From a virus (taxonomy: Duplodnaviria; Caudoviricetes), in the IMG/VR virus record IMGVR_UViG_3300013947_000021, positions 96,001 to 160,000 of that record: a stretch of 64,000 bases of DNA; one strand, given 5' to 3'. Position 1 is the stretch's first letter, and each line of letters starts with the position of its first letter. The position numbers and the translations under genes were made by a program. Below are positions 30,712-41,712 of this stretch, piece after piece. Below the pieces are notes generated by a model that saw only the letters and a program-made list of their open reading frames with translations, did not search any database and was not told the DNA's origin.

Positions 30712-33255
30712 TCAAATTTCATTAATCCAGAGAGAATCCTTAATTCCAAGTTCATCAGATGAAGTAAAAATTACATTATTAGCATTAATAAAATCTAAAG
30801 GTTTAATATATTCATTAGAACTCTTCTTTATTACCATTTTGATATCTTCTTTAAATCCAAGAATAGTATAAAGTATAATTCTAGTAATCTTTTCATAGAG
30901 TTCTTCATTTATAGTAATTCTATCATCATACTGTTTATTAACCCAAGTACGTATATCAAGATAAATTCTATCATGAAGTCTAATCTTTTCACTAGGACTA
31001 ATATCTATATTATTCTTAGCAAAATAATCATGAAGCTCTATATATTCCCTCTTATCAAATAAATGATTCAGCTCCATATCATCAATAATTTGAATTATAG
31101 AATCTAATTCATCATCCAAAGTATATATAGTATTCATTCCCAAAAAATCTACTTTATAAGATTTATAGAAATTAATTACAGTTGCTATATACTGTTTAAC
31201 AGATTCTGTACTCATAACAGGAAGATTGGAGAATAACCCCTGAAATTCCTTAGTATCTATAAATTCTTCCAATACATATATTATACTATCTATAAGATTT
31301 CCTATATACTGATTTCTAGATGCTTCATCTTCAAAATCTTGTATATTAAGTATAGTATAATATAATGAATTATCTCTATGCTTAAGAAATTCTGTATATG
31401 TAGCATCACCTTCAGCATCTCTATAAAAATCTCCAGTTTCAGGATTTTTATAGTAATCAAAGGTAAGCTCTAATGTCATAAGAGAATCATAAAGATTCTT
31501 ATATACATCATATACTCTCTTATTATCCGCTTCTCTCATTCCTTTAATAAGCTCATCTCTTACAGCCATATTATTTACATAAAGATCCATGAGCTCATTA
31601 AAACTAGGAATATTACTTTCAGGTACTTTAAATGCTTTTAATTGTTCCTGAGCATGAAGTGTACTACCAGTCTTCTTCATATCTTCAGCTAATGCTGCAA
31701 GATCAGCTTTAAAGTTAAATCCATTTACATAAAGCACTTTACTCTGAGTATCCATTATAGTATCTTTTACTCCATAATAGTAATAAGTGAGTACAGTAAG
31801 TAATGTAAATACATCAGATACTCTAAAGTTTTTACCTGCTTCTATATAAGGTATTTGAACCGTTATAGCATCTTCCAATTCTATATTATCAAATAGCATA
31901 TTAAAGAAATATGATTGCTGTGCAGACATTTTTGCTATTTCATAAATAGTATCTATAGAAATATACTTAGTTCTACTGAAATTAAATTCTTCTTTAAGAA
32001 TATTCTTTAAAACTTCTTCATGATCAAGGTCTCCATCCCATTTAGAATCACTAGAAACTACTTCATCATAATCAAGATAATTAGTTCCAGATCTTATATA
32101 ATCATTAAGATCATCTTCAAGAGGAAGTTTAAGAAATTTAAGAGTATATTCTTTTTCAAGATCTTCATTTCCATCTTCATCGGTAGCAGTGACATATTCT
32201 CCAGTAGTCAGATCAATATTTCTATCTCTAAGTAGATAATACTTAAAGATCTTTATATTATTAAATCCAAATAAAGAGCATATGTCTACCATACATTTTG
32301 ATGTAGATTTATACTTCAATAAAGTATGAAGATTCTTTACCATACTTATTTGATATTTAAGAGGAATCCTTTCAAAGAAAGGAATTCCATTCGATCTAAA
32401 TATATATTCAACTGATCGTATATCAAATATTTCTTTTCTAGCAATAAATTCTTGTACTCTAGATATAATATCAATCATAGTTATAAGTACAATAAATATT
32501 GCTATAAAATTATCATAATAAGCAGAATCATACTTATAAGCTTCTGAATAAACAGTTCTAAGTACATAAAATTTATTCTCATCAAGTCTATCCTTATACA
32601 TCTTTTCTATAGCATCAGAATCTACACTAGGTACATATAAAGGATCAAATCTTTGAGATTTTCTGGCAAGATAATAATCTATTTTCTTTTTTCCAAGAAA
32701 TCTCATATATTGTCTATTCTTAGGATCTTCTTTCATCATTCTATCAAGAACACCATATCTATCAAGAAGTAATACCTCGGAATTATCCATTTCATGAATA
32801 GGCTTAGTTAAGTCAATATTGATTCCATCCGGTGGAATCCAATCTGTAACATAATCTTCTTTTCCTAAAGCAGGTAATCCATGCAGCATTCTATAATAAG
32901 AATTCATTTCAACATATTTTGATATAAATTCTTCATTCATAGCTTTAACTACAAGAGCTTTCTTATCTTCAGGAAGTTTATTAGGATAAGATAAATAATA
33001 ATTAACACTAACAGAATCCACTATACCAGCAGAAGCTAATGCTGATATAGATATACCTGGATATAAATCAATAGTTGCAGTTCCTTCTATAGCAGAAATA
33101 TAAATTCCTGCTTGTTTTAAAGATTCAAGAGTTTCATTATCATCAGCTTGCTGCTGCATTTTCAATACTGTTCCCATAGCAAGAGTTTTAGTATAATATA
33201 CCATCTCATCTACATATGGATTTTCTGTATATATCTTACTAATCTCGAAAGACAA
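30712..33255 (-). CDS. Large virion structural protein (baseplate-like)
   Basis: 847 aa ORF with LLKYKST...ICSLFGF; function inferred from context. Confidence 0.5.
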   Translation of the reverse strand: MSFEISKIYTENPYVDEMVYYTKTLAMGTVLKMQQQADDNETLESLKQAGIYISAIEGTATIDLYPGISISALASAGIVDSVSVNYYLSYPNKLPEDKKALVVKAMNEEFISKYVEMNSYYRMLHGLPALGKEDYVTDWIPPDGINIDLTKPIHEMDNSEVLLLDRYGVLDRMMKEDPKNRQYMRFLGKKKIDYYLARKSQRFDPLYVPSVDSDAIEKMYKDRLDENKFYVLRTVYSEAYKYDSAYYDNFIAIFIVLITMIDIISRVQEFIARKEIFDIRSVEYIFRSNGIPFFERIPLKYQISMVKNLHTLLKYKSTSKCMVDICSLFGFNNIKIFKYYLLRDRNIDLTTGEYVTATDEDGNEDLEKEYTLKFLKLPLEDDLNDYIRSGTNYLDYDEVVSSDSKWDGDLDHEEVLKNILKEEFNFSRTKYISIDTIYEIAKMSAQQSYFFNMLFDNIELEDAITVQIPYIEAGKNFRVSDVFTLLTVLTYYYYGVKDTIMDTQSKVLYVNGFNFKADLAALAEDMKKTGSTLHAQEQLKAFKVPESNIPSFNELMDLYVNNMAVRDELIKGMREADNKRVYDVYKNLYDSLMTLELTFDYYKNPETGDFYRDAEGDATYTEFLKHRDNSLYYTILNIQDFEDEASRNQYIGNLIDSIIYVLEEFIDTKEFQGLFSNLPVMSTESVKQYIATVINFYKSYKVDFLGMNTIYTLDDELDSIIQIIDDMELNHLFDKREYIELHDYFAKNNIDISPSEKIRLHDRIYLDIRTWVNKQYDDRITINEELYEKITRIILYTILGFKEDIKMVIKKSSNEYIKPLDFINANNVIFTSSDELGIKDSLWINEI

Positions 33256-33380
33256 TTAAACACCTTCTCTCGATAATTTAATTTATTGATATGTGAGCTT
33301 ATTAAAAATAAGATGAATAGCTCTTATAGGATATGAATATGATTTTAACATTTTTGTAATATCATATAGGAGGTGATAAA

Positions 33381-34046
33381 ATGGGCAATTATAATCCGGT
33401 ACCAGGCATTGAATCTTATCAAGAGAATGCTAATCCGGTATTAAGTAGTCCAAATAGTGTATATGCTATAAGTTTCTATCAAACTAGAGATACTCTAATG
33501 GATATAGATACTTATAGAGTATTCCTAAAAAATTGCGAATCTAGATTTAGACATTCTGTTACATATACAAACTATAAAGGATATTTAATTGATATAGGAA
33601 TGAATAGATGCCAAGTGCATGGATATATTACATCTGATATGGAAGGTGTAAGTATCGAAATGCATCATGCTATTCTAACTTTATTTGATATATGCCTTTT
33701 AATTACAGAGCATATGCTTAATACTGTAGGATATGTAACTACATTTGATGTGGTTCAGGCTTTAAAAGAAGAGCATAAGGCTAATAATATAGCTCTTGTT
33801 ATGCTCTCTAAAACTCCTCATCAAATGTATCATGCAGAATCTTCTCAGTTTTTTATTCATCCTAGTATGTGCTTTGGAAATTGGCCTAAATTATTAGAGA
33901 AATATAAATTAGGCTTAACTCAGGACGTAGCTTTCAAAGTATTATATTATTTAAAGAAAGCTATAGAAACTGAAGGCACAACTGATAATGGATTATTAAA
34001 TTTGAGAGAAAAAATAAAAGAATGGAGTGGTTATTGCAATGCTTGA
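33381..34046 (+). CDS. Conserved protein with HNH-like IEMHH motif; paralog of 43321-44037
   Basis: C...IEMHH..LTLFDICL...LS.TPHQ.YH pattern shared with 43321-44037. Confidence 0.6.
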   Translation: MGNYNPVPGIESYQENANPVLSSPNSVYAISFYQTRDTLMDIDTYRVFLKNCESRFRHSVTYTNYKGYLIDIGMNRCQVHGYITSDMEGVSIEMHHAILTLFDICLLITEHMLNTVGYVTTFDVVQALKEEHKANNIALVMLSKTPHQMYHAESSQFFIHPSMCFGNWPKLLEKYKLGLTQDVAFKVLYYLKKAIETEGTTDNGLLNLREKIKEWSGYCNA

Positions 34047-34470
34047 TATGGTAATTATTGTACCATGTATTATAATTACATTGGCAGTATTATTAGCAAC
34101 AATTATTTGGGCTATTTGGCTTAATAATAGACATAATATAAAATTGGAGGAATTGGAGAAATATAAACTCCATCTTCAAACTAGAGTAAATGATATTCCT
34201 ACTATGCTTGAAGATCTTATTAATGAATCATTCATAGATTATAATGCTAAATACCTTGCATCATATACTGCATATATTACAGAAGAAAAAGAAAAAGAAA
34301 TTAGAACTGAATTAATTGATGTAATACTTGCTAGAATGTCTGATGTAGTATTGGAGAAACTTTATACATATTATAATCCAAAGGAAATTGGAAGTATTCT
34401 CGCTGATAAGATATATATTCTTGTATCTGAATATACTATACAGCATAATGAAAAGATTCTTAGTAAGTAA
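34039..34470 (+). CDS. Membrane-anchored hypothetical protein
   Basis: N-terminal TM helix; GGAG SD. Confidence 0.6.
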   Translation: MLDMVIIVPCIIITLAVLLATIIWAIWLNNRHNIKLEELEKYKLHLQTRVNDIPTMLEDLINESFIDYNAKYLASYTAYITEEKEKEIRTELIDVILARMSDVVLEKLYTYYNPKEIGSILADKIYILVSEYTIQHNEKILSK

Positions 34471-34534
34471 AAAAATAAATTGCTATAAGATTATATATCC
34501 CCATAGGTTACCAACCTATGGGGATATGTTTTCT

Positions 34535-34735
34535 TTAGTTGAAAAGTGCATCGAGTTCATCAAGAGCTTCATCAACACTCTTATTGTTCGCTTCGATCTG
34601 TTTTCCAGATTCGAAGAGCTCTTTTTCAAGCTCAGTATGTCTTTCTGCCATCATTTTTTCTCTTTTCATTATTTCTTCTATATATTGATCGTAGCTCTCT
34701 TTAAACACTTTAGGTCCATATTTCCTTTTTCTCAT
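34535..34735 (-). CDS. Small coiled-coil hypothetical protein
   Basis: ORF with ATGA overlap. Confidence 0.55.
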   Translation of the reverse strand: MRKRKYGPKVFKESYDQYIEEIMKREKMMAERHTELEKELFESGKQIEANNKSVDEALDELDALFN

Positions 34736-34911
34736 TTTACTATTACCTCTTTCTTCTCATTTGCTTCAGCTAATCTTCTGAAATAATCAGCTACTGCTGC
34801 TCTAAGTTCAGCATTGCTGGGAACGTTATTGCTAGTGTCGTTTCTCTGATTGGTATAGGTGAGGTTTCTTTCAACCTCATGGTTTTCGTGAATTTCTCCG
34901 AATCTTCTCAT
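34732..34911 (-). CDS. Small hypothetical protein, 59 aa (MRRFGEIHENHEVERN...)
   Basis: Translated by hand; AAGGAGA SD; early promoter 34958-34975. Confidence 0.6.
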   Translation of the reverse strand: MRRFGEIHENHEVERNLTYTNQRNDTSNNVPSNAELRAAVADYFRRLAEANEKKEVIVK

Positions 34912-35049
34912 TGTTATTTCTCCTTAAGTTTTTGCATATATTAATATATGCTTATTTATTCATAATTATAATATACAACTATATTTAAAGAGATTTACAA
35001 ATACAAAAAAAAATAAAGAGGATGCATTTAAGCATCCTCTTTTGAATTT

Positions 35050-35868
35050 TTATTTAAAGTATATTGAAGCTAATATTCTATTGAAGAATCTCAGTATATT
35101 TTCATTATAGGATATATCCAATAGATCTTTATCACTCTCTGTTACTAAGTCGGTGTACAATGGCGTTACAATAGAAAAAGATGGATTCAACCTAAACATC
35201 GAACCTGCATTCAATTCTCTATAGTATCCAAGCTTCATATCCTTGTTAATGTATTTCCGGTGTACATTATTCAACAAGTTGATAGCCATCTGGACTCCAT
35301 TCATCTGTATAGTATAACAGAGCTCGGATACAAAGTCTAGCATATATTCTTTATGATAAATATCTGCTTCTCCTAAGCCCTTAGTGTCTAGAACTTCCTT
35401 TTTTGTAACTGGATCATAAAAGTAGAAGAAGTCTACTCCTATCCCAGCATTATTGAATAGCATATTTGGCGTGGCATAGAATGATGTATAGGTTGCAGCC
35501 AATCTAAATACAACTCGTTCAGATACAGCTTGGAATTTCGCCTCCCTTCCTATAGTAGTTATAGCATCATTGCGTATGCTCAATATATCAGAATCTAAAA
35601 ATTCATTTTTTGTAATGAAGAATTTTCGTGCTTCTTCAATACCATTCTTAAGAATTTCGGTAAGATGTGGGTTCTTAGCTCGCATCTTACCCATCATGAT
35701 ATTTCTTTCAAGTTTTGGTGCTTGATACAAATATTGATATAAATCCTCAGAAATTGCATTCTTATCTCTTAGCACATTTATATTTGCTTTAGATAAGTCG
35801 TACTCATAAATTGGTGTATCTATAAGATATTGAATGTTTGCTCTATAAAGAACTTTGTCCCAAATCAT
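35050..35868 (-). CDS. Possible stand-alone DNA-polymerase-palm-like protein
   Basis: YEYDLSKAN and LSIRNDAI resemble PolB motifs A and C. Confidence 0.4.
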   Translation of the reverse strand: MIWDKVLYRANIQYLIDTPIYEYDLSKANINVLRDKNAISEDLYQYLYQAPKLERNIMMGKMRAKNPHLTEILKNGIEEARKFFITKNEFLDSDILSIRNDAITTIGREAKFQAVSERVVFRLAATYTSFYATPNMLFNNAGIGVDFFYFYDPVTKKEVLDTKGLGEADIYHKEYMLDFVSELCYTIQMNGVQMAINLLNNVHRKYINKDMKLGYYRELNAGSMFRLNPSFSIVTPLYTDLVTESDKDLLDISYNENILRFFNRILASIYFK

Positions 35869-36392
35869 ATAGCATACTCATCCTCTGTATAATAGCCTGA
35901 ACCGTACATCATTTCTCGATATCGGTTGACATCCTGATCTATATTTTGAACTCCATTTACATTCATGAAATCTGGATCATCTATACTTAGGAAATCTTCA
36001 GGTTCATATATATAAAAGATTTCATATCCATATCTCTGTTGAATTAGTTTTGCTAATGACTCAGAGATTGCATTTCGATATGGAGAATCTTCTATAAGAA
36101 CTTGTACTAATGAGTCTGGTTCCATATAAGCTGGAATCATTATACTCATAAAATCTACAAATGCACTATTGTTGTTTAAGATATACTGATGATATGCAAT
36201 ATCAAAATCAGCAGTATCACAACTTCCATTTAGTACATCTTCAGGAATATTATCTATAGATGGAATAAGAGAGTTTAAGTTTATAACTCCATCAGAATAA
36301 TATGATGTAAGATTATATACATAAACTCTCTTAATACCTTTTCTCTCCAAATAATATTCTGGTATTCTCAAAATATTTGTGAATATTATCAT
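35865..36392 (-). CDS. Hypothetical protein
   Basis: Operon with ATGA overlaps. Confidence 0.65.
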   Translation of the reverse strand: MIIFTNILRIPEYYLERKGIKRVYVYNLTSYYSDGVINLNSLIPSIDNIPEDVLNGSCDTADFDIAYHQYILNNNSAFVDFMSIMIPAYMEPDSLVQVLIEDSPYRNAISESLAKLIQQRYGYEIFYIYEPEDFLSIDDPDFMNVNGVQNIDQDVNRYREMMYGSGYYTEDEYAI

Positions 36393-37063
36393 ATGCTTAC
36401 TAATGGATCAATAAGAGGTTTATTAGCCTGTCTCATTGCTTCCTTTACATAATTGAAGTATTCTTCATAATGCTGATAATCCTTAACTGGTACACATGGA
36501 TTTATATCATATGCTAATTTAGGAATAATATTAGGATTAATCGGATTAATCGGATGATTAGTCATAAATGTCATATAGTCTATATATCCATAACTATATA
36601 ATCTAGCCAGCATTGGAGGTAATGCATCATTAAGAATTATACTTCCATTTTCAGTTACAATTATACCATAATTATCTTGAAGAATATTTATAAACATTGC
36701 TGGAAATTCTGTTTGCATTTCATCCTTGCCAAATGAAATTCCAATCAGATTATTTCCAAACATTGCTGCTGTTACCATAATAGCAATATATCTATCTGGT
36801 ATTTCTGTTGCAAGATATGATGCATAAATATCTCTTGCAGCATATCTATCATCATTAAAGAATGACTGCACAGCTTCAAATGGAGGAAGTAAAGCTGTAG
36901 CACTATTGATTAATGGATGATTTCTCATCTCTGGATTTATAGAATCTGATTCGGCGATAAATATAAGTTTACCGCCAGAATTCAGAAAATCTATTTGATG
37001 ATTCTCATTTACATAACAGAGATGAATGGGCCTACTATCTCTTGGTAATGGAATCATATTCAT
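36389..37063 (-). CDS. Hypothetical protein
   Basis: Operon with ATGA overlaps. Confidence 0.65.
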   Translation of the reverse strand: MNMIPLPRDSRPIHLCYVNENHQIDFLNSGGKLIFIAESDSINPEMRNHPLINSATALLPPFEAVQSFFNDDRYAARDIYASYLATEIPDRYIAIMVTAAMFGNNLIGISFGKDEMQTEFPAMFINILQDNYGIIVTENGSIILNDALPPMLARLYSYGYIDYMTFMTNHPINPINPNIIPKLAYDINPCVPVKDYQHYEEYFNYVKEAMRQANKPLIDPLVSI

Positions 37064-37070
37064 AATCTAC

Positions 37071-38960
37071 TCAGTCTCCCTCTTCTTCATTAGGACGGAA
37101 CCTCTTAATATGCTTTCCTGTTCCAGACTTGATTCTATACTTAGGAATATTTTCATATTCTTCAAATTCATTATCGTAATCATTAAGATCATCTCTATGA
37201 TCAAGATCATCACGAGTTACGATATTTCCATTTGTATTAGAATAACTCATATTAGTATCCTCGCTTTCATCGTCTTTATTGTCTTCCTCAGTATCTTCTT
37301 CTGAAGTTTCATCACTATCATATTCTTCATCTTCAGACACTTCCTCAGATTCTTCATTATTGCCAGAAACTTCATCAGCATCTGCAGATTCAATTATATC
37401 AGAATTAGTATTGTCTTCTGTTTCTTCATTTTCATCAGAAGATGCAATTTCAAATGTATTATTATCAGTTACATCTTCATCAGTAGATTCATCAGATTTA
37501 CTTTCTTCTGCAAGCTGCTTAATCTTTTCAACTTCTTCGTCTTCATTTACATTTTCATCTTTGTACTTGAAGTTGAAGAGCTGCTTAATCTTAGCAATAG
37601 TTGCAACAATATCGCCCTTATTCTTATAAATGATCTCAAGAAGTTTAAGCTGATATCCTTCAGCAGCATTCGCAGGATCAAAATACTTTGCGATATCTTC
37701 AAATGTAGGAATCTTGTTTTCCTTTGTATAAGAATTCTGATTGTTATTATTGAATTTATTATTAAGCTTGGATTTCTTAATACGGTCCATTTCATTAAGA
37801 ACAACTTCCTGGCTCTTAATAGAAATTTCCTTACCGTCATCATTAGTAATGACACTAGATGCTTTATTCTTATAATCATCCATAGCTGCATTAAATTCTG
37901 CAGAATCAGAATAATTAGTTACATTATTCTGAATAGGAGTATTTCTCTTAATGATATTATTCATAGCATTAAGAACAACATCTCTTGCGCTCACAGCAGT
38001 ATTATTACCGTTCTGTGTTGCAGGAGCTCCATTATTGGTAGAAGAATTATTAATCGGAATTCTAATAAGTTCAGGCTTCATAGATTCATTTGTCTCCTTT
38101 TCGATTTTAGGTTCAGGTTTCTTCATAGTAGAAGTGGTTTCATAGTTGCTAGCAATTACCTTGTTTCCGTACATAAGTGTGATTTTCATTGTATTTTCTC
38201 CTCTTACTAATTTAATATTTTTCTGATTGGTTTGCCCTACTTCAGAAGCAGGGTATATTTTTCCACATTTATAGCATACTAGATGGTTAAAGCCTTTATC
38301 ATAATCTATTTCCCCATCACAGCATTCACCAGTATCTGTGGGCTTAGTACAATATAATTTATTGTGATCTAGTTTATAAAGATATGGATAATCGAGTAGA
38401 ACCGGCCCAAATCCTAATCGAATTCCCCAGTTCATAAAATACTTAGAACCTATATCCTCCATAATATATTCTCCAAGTATTTTATTTACTATTACTTCAT
38501 AAATATCTCCAGCTACTTCTTTGAATTCTTCCTCATTCTTAATAGGAAATACTTTCTCAGAAAAAGCAACTGTACCACATGGTGTAACTTCAAATGTCTT
38601 TGCAACAAAAGGTTTTAACAAAAATTGATTTCTGAATTCAGCAGGATTATCATTTAATGCTACTCTATCCATTGCAATCTTTGCTATAAATCTATCATCT
38701 GTTGTACATTTATATATAACTCTATTTGTTCCTGCAGAAAATCTCTTAAATCCTCTATTCTGCATTATAGCATCTATGAGTCTATATTTCTCTTTAACTT
38801 TTCCATTTAAAGATGCACTTGTTGCTATACGATTTAATTCTCCAATATCCATTGGTGATAAATAACTAGATATTGGTGGAACAGTCATCGTATCAAAATT
38901 GATTTCAGATATAGACATATTTTGAGATTGTAATATGTCGTAATCTTTTATAATCGCCAT
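37071..38960 (-). CDS. Protein-kinase-like domain + Cys cluster + acidic disordered tail
   Basis: AGTNRVIY (Gly loop), AKIA (catalytic Lys), N.AE, EDIG...NWG, LLDY; C..C Zn-like motif. Confidence 0.6.
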   Translation of the reverse strand: MAIIKDYDILQSQNMSISEINFDTMTVPPISSYLSPMDIGELNRIATSASLNGKVKEKYRLIDAIMQNRGFKRFSAGTNRVIYKCTTDDRFIAKIAMDRVALNDNPAEFRNQFLLKPFVAKTFEVTPCGTVAFSEKVFPIKNEEEFKEVAGDIYEVIVNKILGEYIMEDIGSKYFMNWGIRLGFGPVLLDYPYLYKLDHNKLYCTKPTDTGECCDGEIDYDKGFNHLVCYKCGKIYPASEVGQTNQKNIKLVRGENTMKITLMYGNKVIASNYETTSTMKKPEPKIEKETNESMKPELIRIPINNSSTNNGAPATQNGNNTAVSARDVVLNAMNNIIKRNTPIQNNVTNYSDSAEFNAAMDDYKNKASSVITNDDGKEISIKSQEVVLNEMDRIKKSKLNNKFNNNNQNSYTKENKIPTFEDIAKYFDPANAAEGYQLKLLEIIYKNKGDIVATIAKIKQLFNFKYKDENVNEDEEVEKIKQLAEESKSDESTDEDVTDNNTFEIASSDENEETEDNTNSDIIESADADEVSGNNEESEEVSEDEEYDSDETSEEDTEEDNKDDESEDTNMSYSNTNGNIVTRDDLDHRDDLNDYDNEFEEYENIPKYRIKSGTGKHIKRFRPNEEEGD

Positions 38961-38975
38961 ATTATTTCACCATCC

Positions 38976-41213
38976 TTATAGTGGAAGATCATTCGAGTGC
39001 AAAGATCTATAAAATTCATCTTTTGCTCGATCTTTAAATCTTGCTACAAAGTTTGGTGGAACTACTGTTGTTTGTGCTAATGCCTCCTTATTTTCTCTAT
39101 CTATTTCTTCATCTGTCTTAAAGTCATCAAAGTTCTCAGGGCAAGTCAGGAACATTTGACCACTTTGAGGATCATATGAGAATGATTTAGCTATATTTGG
39201 ATTATTACCAGGGCTTACAGGTCTTCCATCTGGCATAACTCCATAAGATCCGTAAATTCTTCCTATATGTGTTTCCCTTTCTGTATTAAAATTATAATTT
39301 GTATTATCTCGTAAATAATTCATAAACCCATCAGGATTATAGACTTTACGAATATCCCTTCGATGCAATGACCTTATTTCAGCCATTTTATACATCATTC
39401 CTATTTGGTTAAATGCATCTCCATATAGATATGCATCTCCGCCTACACCATAAAACATTCGCTCTGGAGCAGAATTTCTAATAGCTTCAAACTGCCGCTG
39501 CATCATAATCTTATTTTGCTCAAATCTCATAAGCTCATAATTATTTACACGGCCACAATATTTTCTGCGATCTGCTTCAATACGCTTTCTTCTCTTAATC
39601 GGATCTGTTTCAGGAGTAAGAGTGATTATCTTAGTCTTTTCATCCAATGTTGCATTCCATACTGGAATATAATCATAGTTCTGCTTATCTGCTGTAAATC
39701 TATTATCATTTTCCTCCTCTTTAACTTCAGGATATGGATCAGGATCAAATAAAGTCTTTTCAAGAGTCTCTATTTCTTCTTTACTCTTATCTTCATAATT
39801 GCACATCCATATGATCTGCTTGCAAAGAGCTATCTGAGTTCTTAACTGAGAAACAAAATTAACTCTATTGCGGGTATTCTTTTCAAAATATGCACATGCT
39901 TCAGGATTAATGTTGCAGATATTCCTTATAAGAGCATCCATATTTCTAATACTCTTTAAGAAATTATCTTCATCAATCATATCTTCGATAAATCCTTCAC
40001 CAGTTATAGGATTATACATTCTTCCATAAGTATAATCACCTGTATTATGGCAAGGAATATAATCTGAATCAGGTCTTGAATTAGGATTATACCAAGGGGA
40101 CATCATAACTCCACGCTCAAGTAACTGATCTTGAGTCGGAAGTCCATATGAGCCTAAAAGATGAGGAGCAATATATTCAGGCTGTCTTTCTGTACCAGGA
40201 ACTTTATATCCATATATAGGACGGCCATATATATCTACTCCAGCTAAAGAAACTTGATTAAAACTCGGACCATTATTTACAGACCCATACATACTATTAG
40301 GCTGATAATAGTATCCAGGCTGATAAATATTTTGAGGTCCATTATATCTGTATCCCTGATTTGTACCATAGACAATTTCTTCGATGCTACGATTTCTTTC
40401 AGGTCTTGTAGGAAAATTAGTATTTCCATACTGAGATTGCTGCGCATAAGTCGGCACTGTATTAATCTGCTGCTGCGGATAATATGGTTTATAAGAAAAC
40501 ATAGTATTCATCTGAGGCTGAGGAGTATATTGTGGCTGCTGAGCCTGCTGCGGATAATATGGCTGATATGAGAATGCTGGATTTTGTGGTATTACTTGCG
40601 GTTGCTGATATTGTGGAATCTGCTGATACATCTGCTGTGGTGTTGGAGCAGAATTATAATAGAAACTATTAGTAACCTGCTGCGGCTGTAGACTAGGAGC
40701 TCTTGTATTATCAAGAACTCTACCAAGAAAATCTGGTTCGGTATATGGAACTAATTTATGCTTAATTCCATATTCATAAACAGATTGTGGCTGCTGTTCA
40801 TTAGAATTAATATTAGGTGTATTTTGTGTTTCCATTTGCGTATTTTGCAGTTGCCTCATTTTATCTCTTTCATCACAGAATTGCATATAATCTTCGTATG
40901 CTTCTTCCTCTTCTTTTCGTCTTTTTTCTTCAGCTTGCTGATATTCTTCTTCAGAGAGAAGTTTTACATCAGCATCTGGGATAGCTCCTGCAGTAGCAGC
41001 ACTAATATAATTATTAATCGCTTCCTGTCCTTGAGCTTTTACCTCATCTGGTATTTTAATATCAAAATGCTCTATTTTGGCATTAGGTGATGGAATATAT
41101 CCTCCATTCATCATACCACCAAAATCAAGATTTCCTGTTCTCGGATTATTAGCAACGGAATCTAGCATTGCCTCTACTTCCGGAGATACATACTGCTTAA
41201 GTATCTCGTGCAT
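38976..41213 (-). CDS. Large hypothetical protein with Q/P/Y-rich low-complexity region
   Basis: FSYQPYYPQQ / FSYKPYYPQQ repeats. Confidence 0.7.
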   Translation of the reverse strand: MHEILKQYVSPEVEAMLDSVANNPRTGNLDFGGMMNGGYIPSPNAKIEHFDIKIPDEVKAQGQEAINNYISAATAGAIPDADVKLLSEEEYQQAEEKRRKEEEEAYEDYMQFCDERDKMRQLQNTQMETQNTPNINSNEQQPQSVYEYGIKHKLVPYTEPDFLGRVLDNTRAPSLQPQQVTNSFYYNSAPTPQQMYQQIPQYQQPQVIPQNPAFSYQPYYPQQAQQPQYTPQPQMNTMFSYKPYYPQQQINTVPTYAQQSQYGNTNFPTRPERNRSIEEIVYGTNQGYRYNGPQNIYQPGYYYQPNSMYGSVNNGPSFNQVSLAGVDIYGRPIYGYKVPGTERQPEYIAPHLLGSYGLPTQDQLLERGVMMSPWYNPNSRPDSDYIPCHNTGDYTYGRMYNPITGEGFIEDMIDEDNFLKSIRNMDALIRNICNINPEACAYFEKNTRNRVNFVSQLRTQIALCKQIIWMCNYEDKSKEEIETLEKTLFDPDPYPEVKEEENDNRFTADKQNYDYIPVWNATLDEKTKIITLTPETDPIKRRKRIEADRRKYCGRVNNYELMRFEQNKIMMQRQFEAIRNSAPERMFYGVGGDAYLYGDAFNQIGMMYKMAEIRSLHRRDIRKVYNPDGFMNYLRDNTNYNFNTERETHIGRIYGSYGVMPDGRPVSPGNNPNIAKSFSYDPQSGQMFLTCPENFDDFKTDEEIDRENKEALAQTTVVPPNFVARFKDRAKDEFYRSLHSNDLPL

Positions 41214-41244
41214 GGTTTGTATATCATCCTTTCAATTATTTAAA

Positions 41245-41697
41245 TTAACTATCAATTCTTGTAAGCATTACCGTGAGTAAATATAAATACTCATGTAATG
41301 ACTGAAGGAAATATGCATCTTGTTCACTTATAAGTTTATGCCTCTCTTTCAATTTCTCTGGGAACTCAAATATGGATTTTATTGTATATCCAGTTATATA
41401 AGTTCCATTTATTAATGCCTTTAAATACATTAATATAGTATCTACTTCAGTTTGATATTCATCATCTTCTGATAGAAGTTCTCTTATGTATGATTGAATA
41501 TCGATTCGTATTCGATTAATCATTTTCTCTCTAAAATGATTAACAACTTTAGGATCTTTATTTTTCTTAATATTTGTAGAATAAGATATGCAATATCTTA
41601 AAGTAGTATTTGCACTAAGAAAAAGTCCGACCCCTTTATCTGTAAATTTCTTGCTGCTTGTAGTAAACCGATCAAAAATTGCTCCACTTTCTAACAT
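41245..41697 (-). CDS. Hypothetical protein
   Basis: ORF with AAGGAGA SD. Confidence 0.6.
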   Translation of the reverse strand: MLESGAIFDRFTTSSKKFTDKGVGLFLSANTTLRYCISYSTNIKKNKDPKVVNHFREKMINRIRIDIQSYIRELLSEDDEYQTEVDTILMYLKALINGTYITGYTIKSIFEFPEKLKERHKLISEQDAYFLQSLHEYLYLLTVMLTRIDS

Positions 41698-41712
41698 GAT
41701 AATTTCTCCTTT

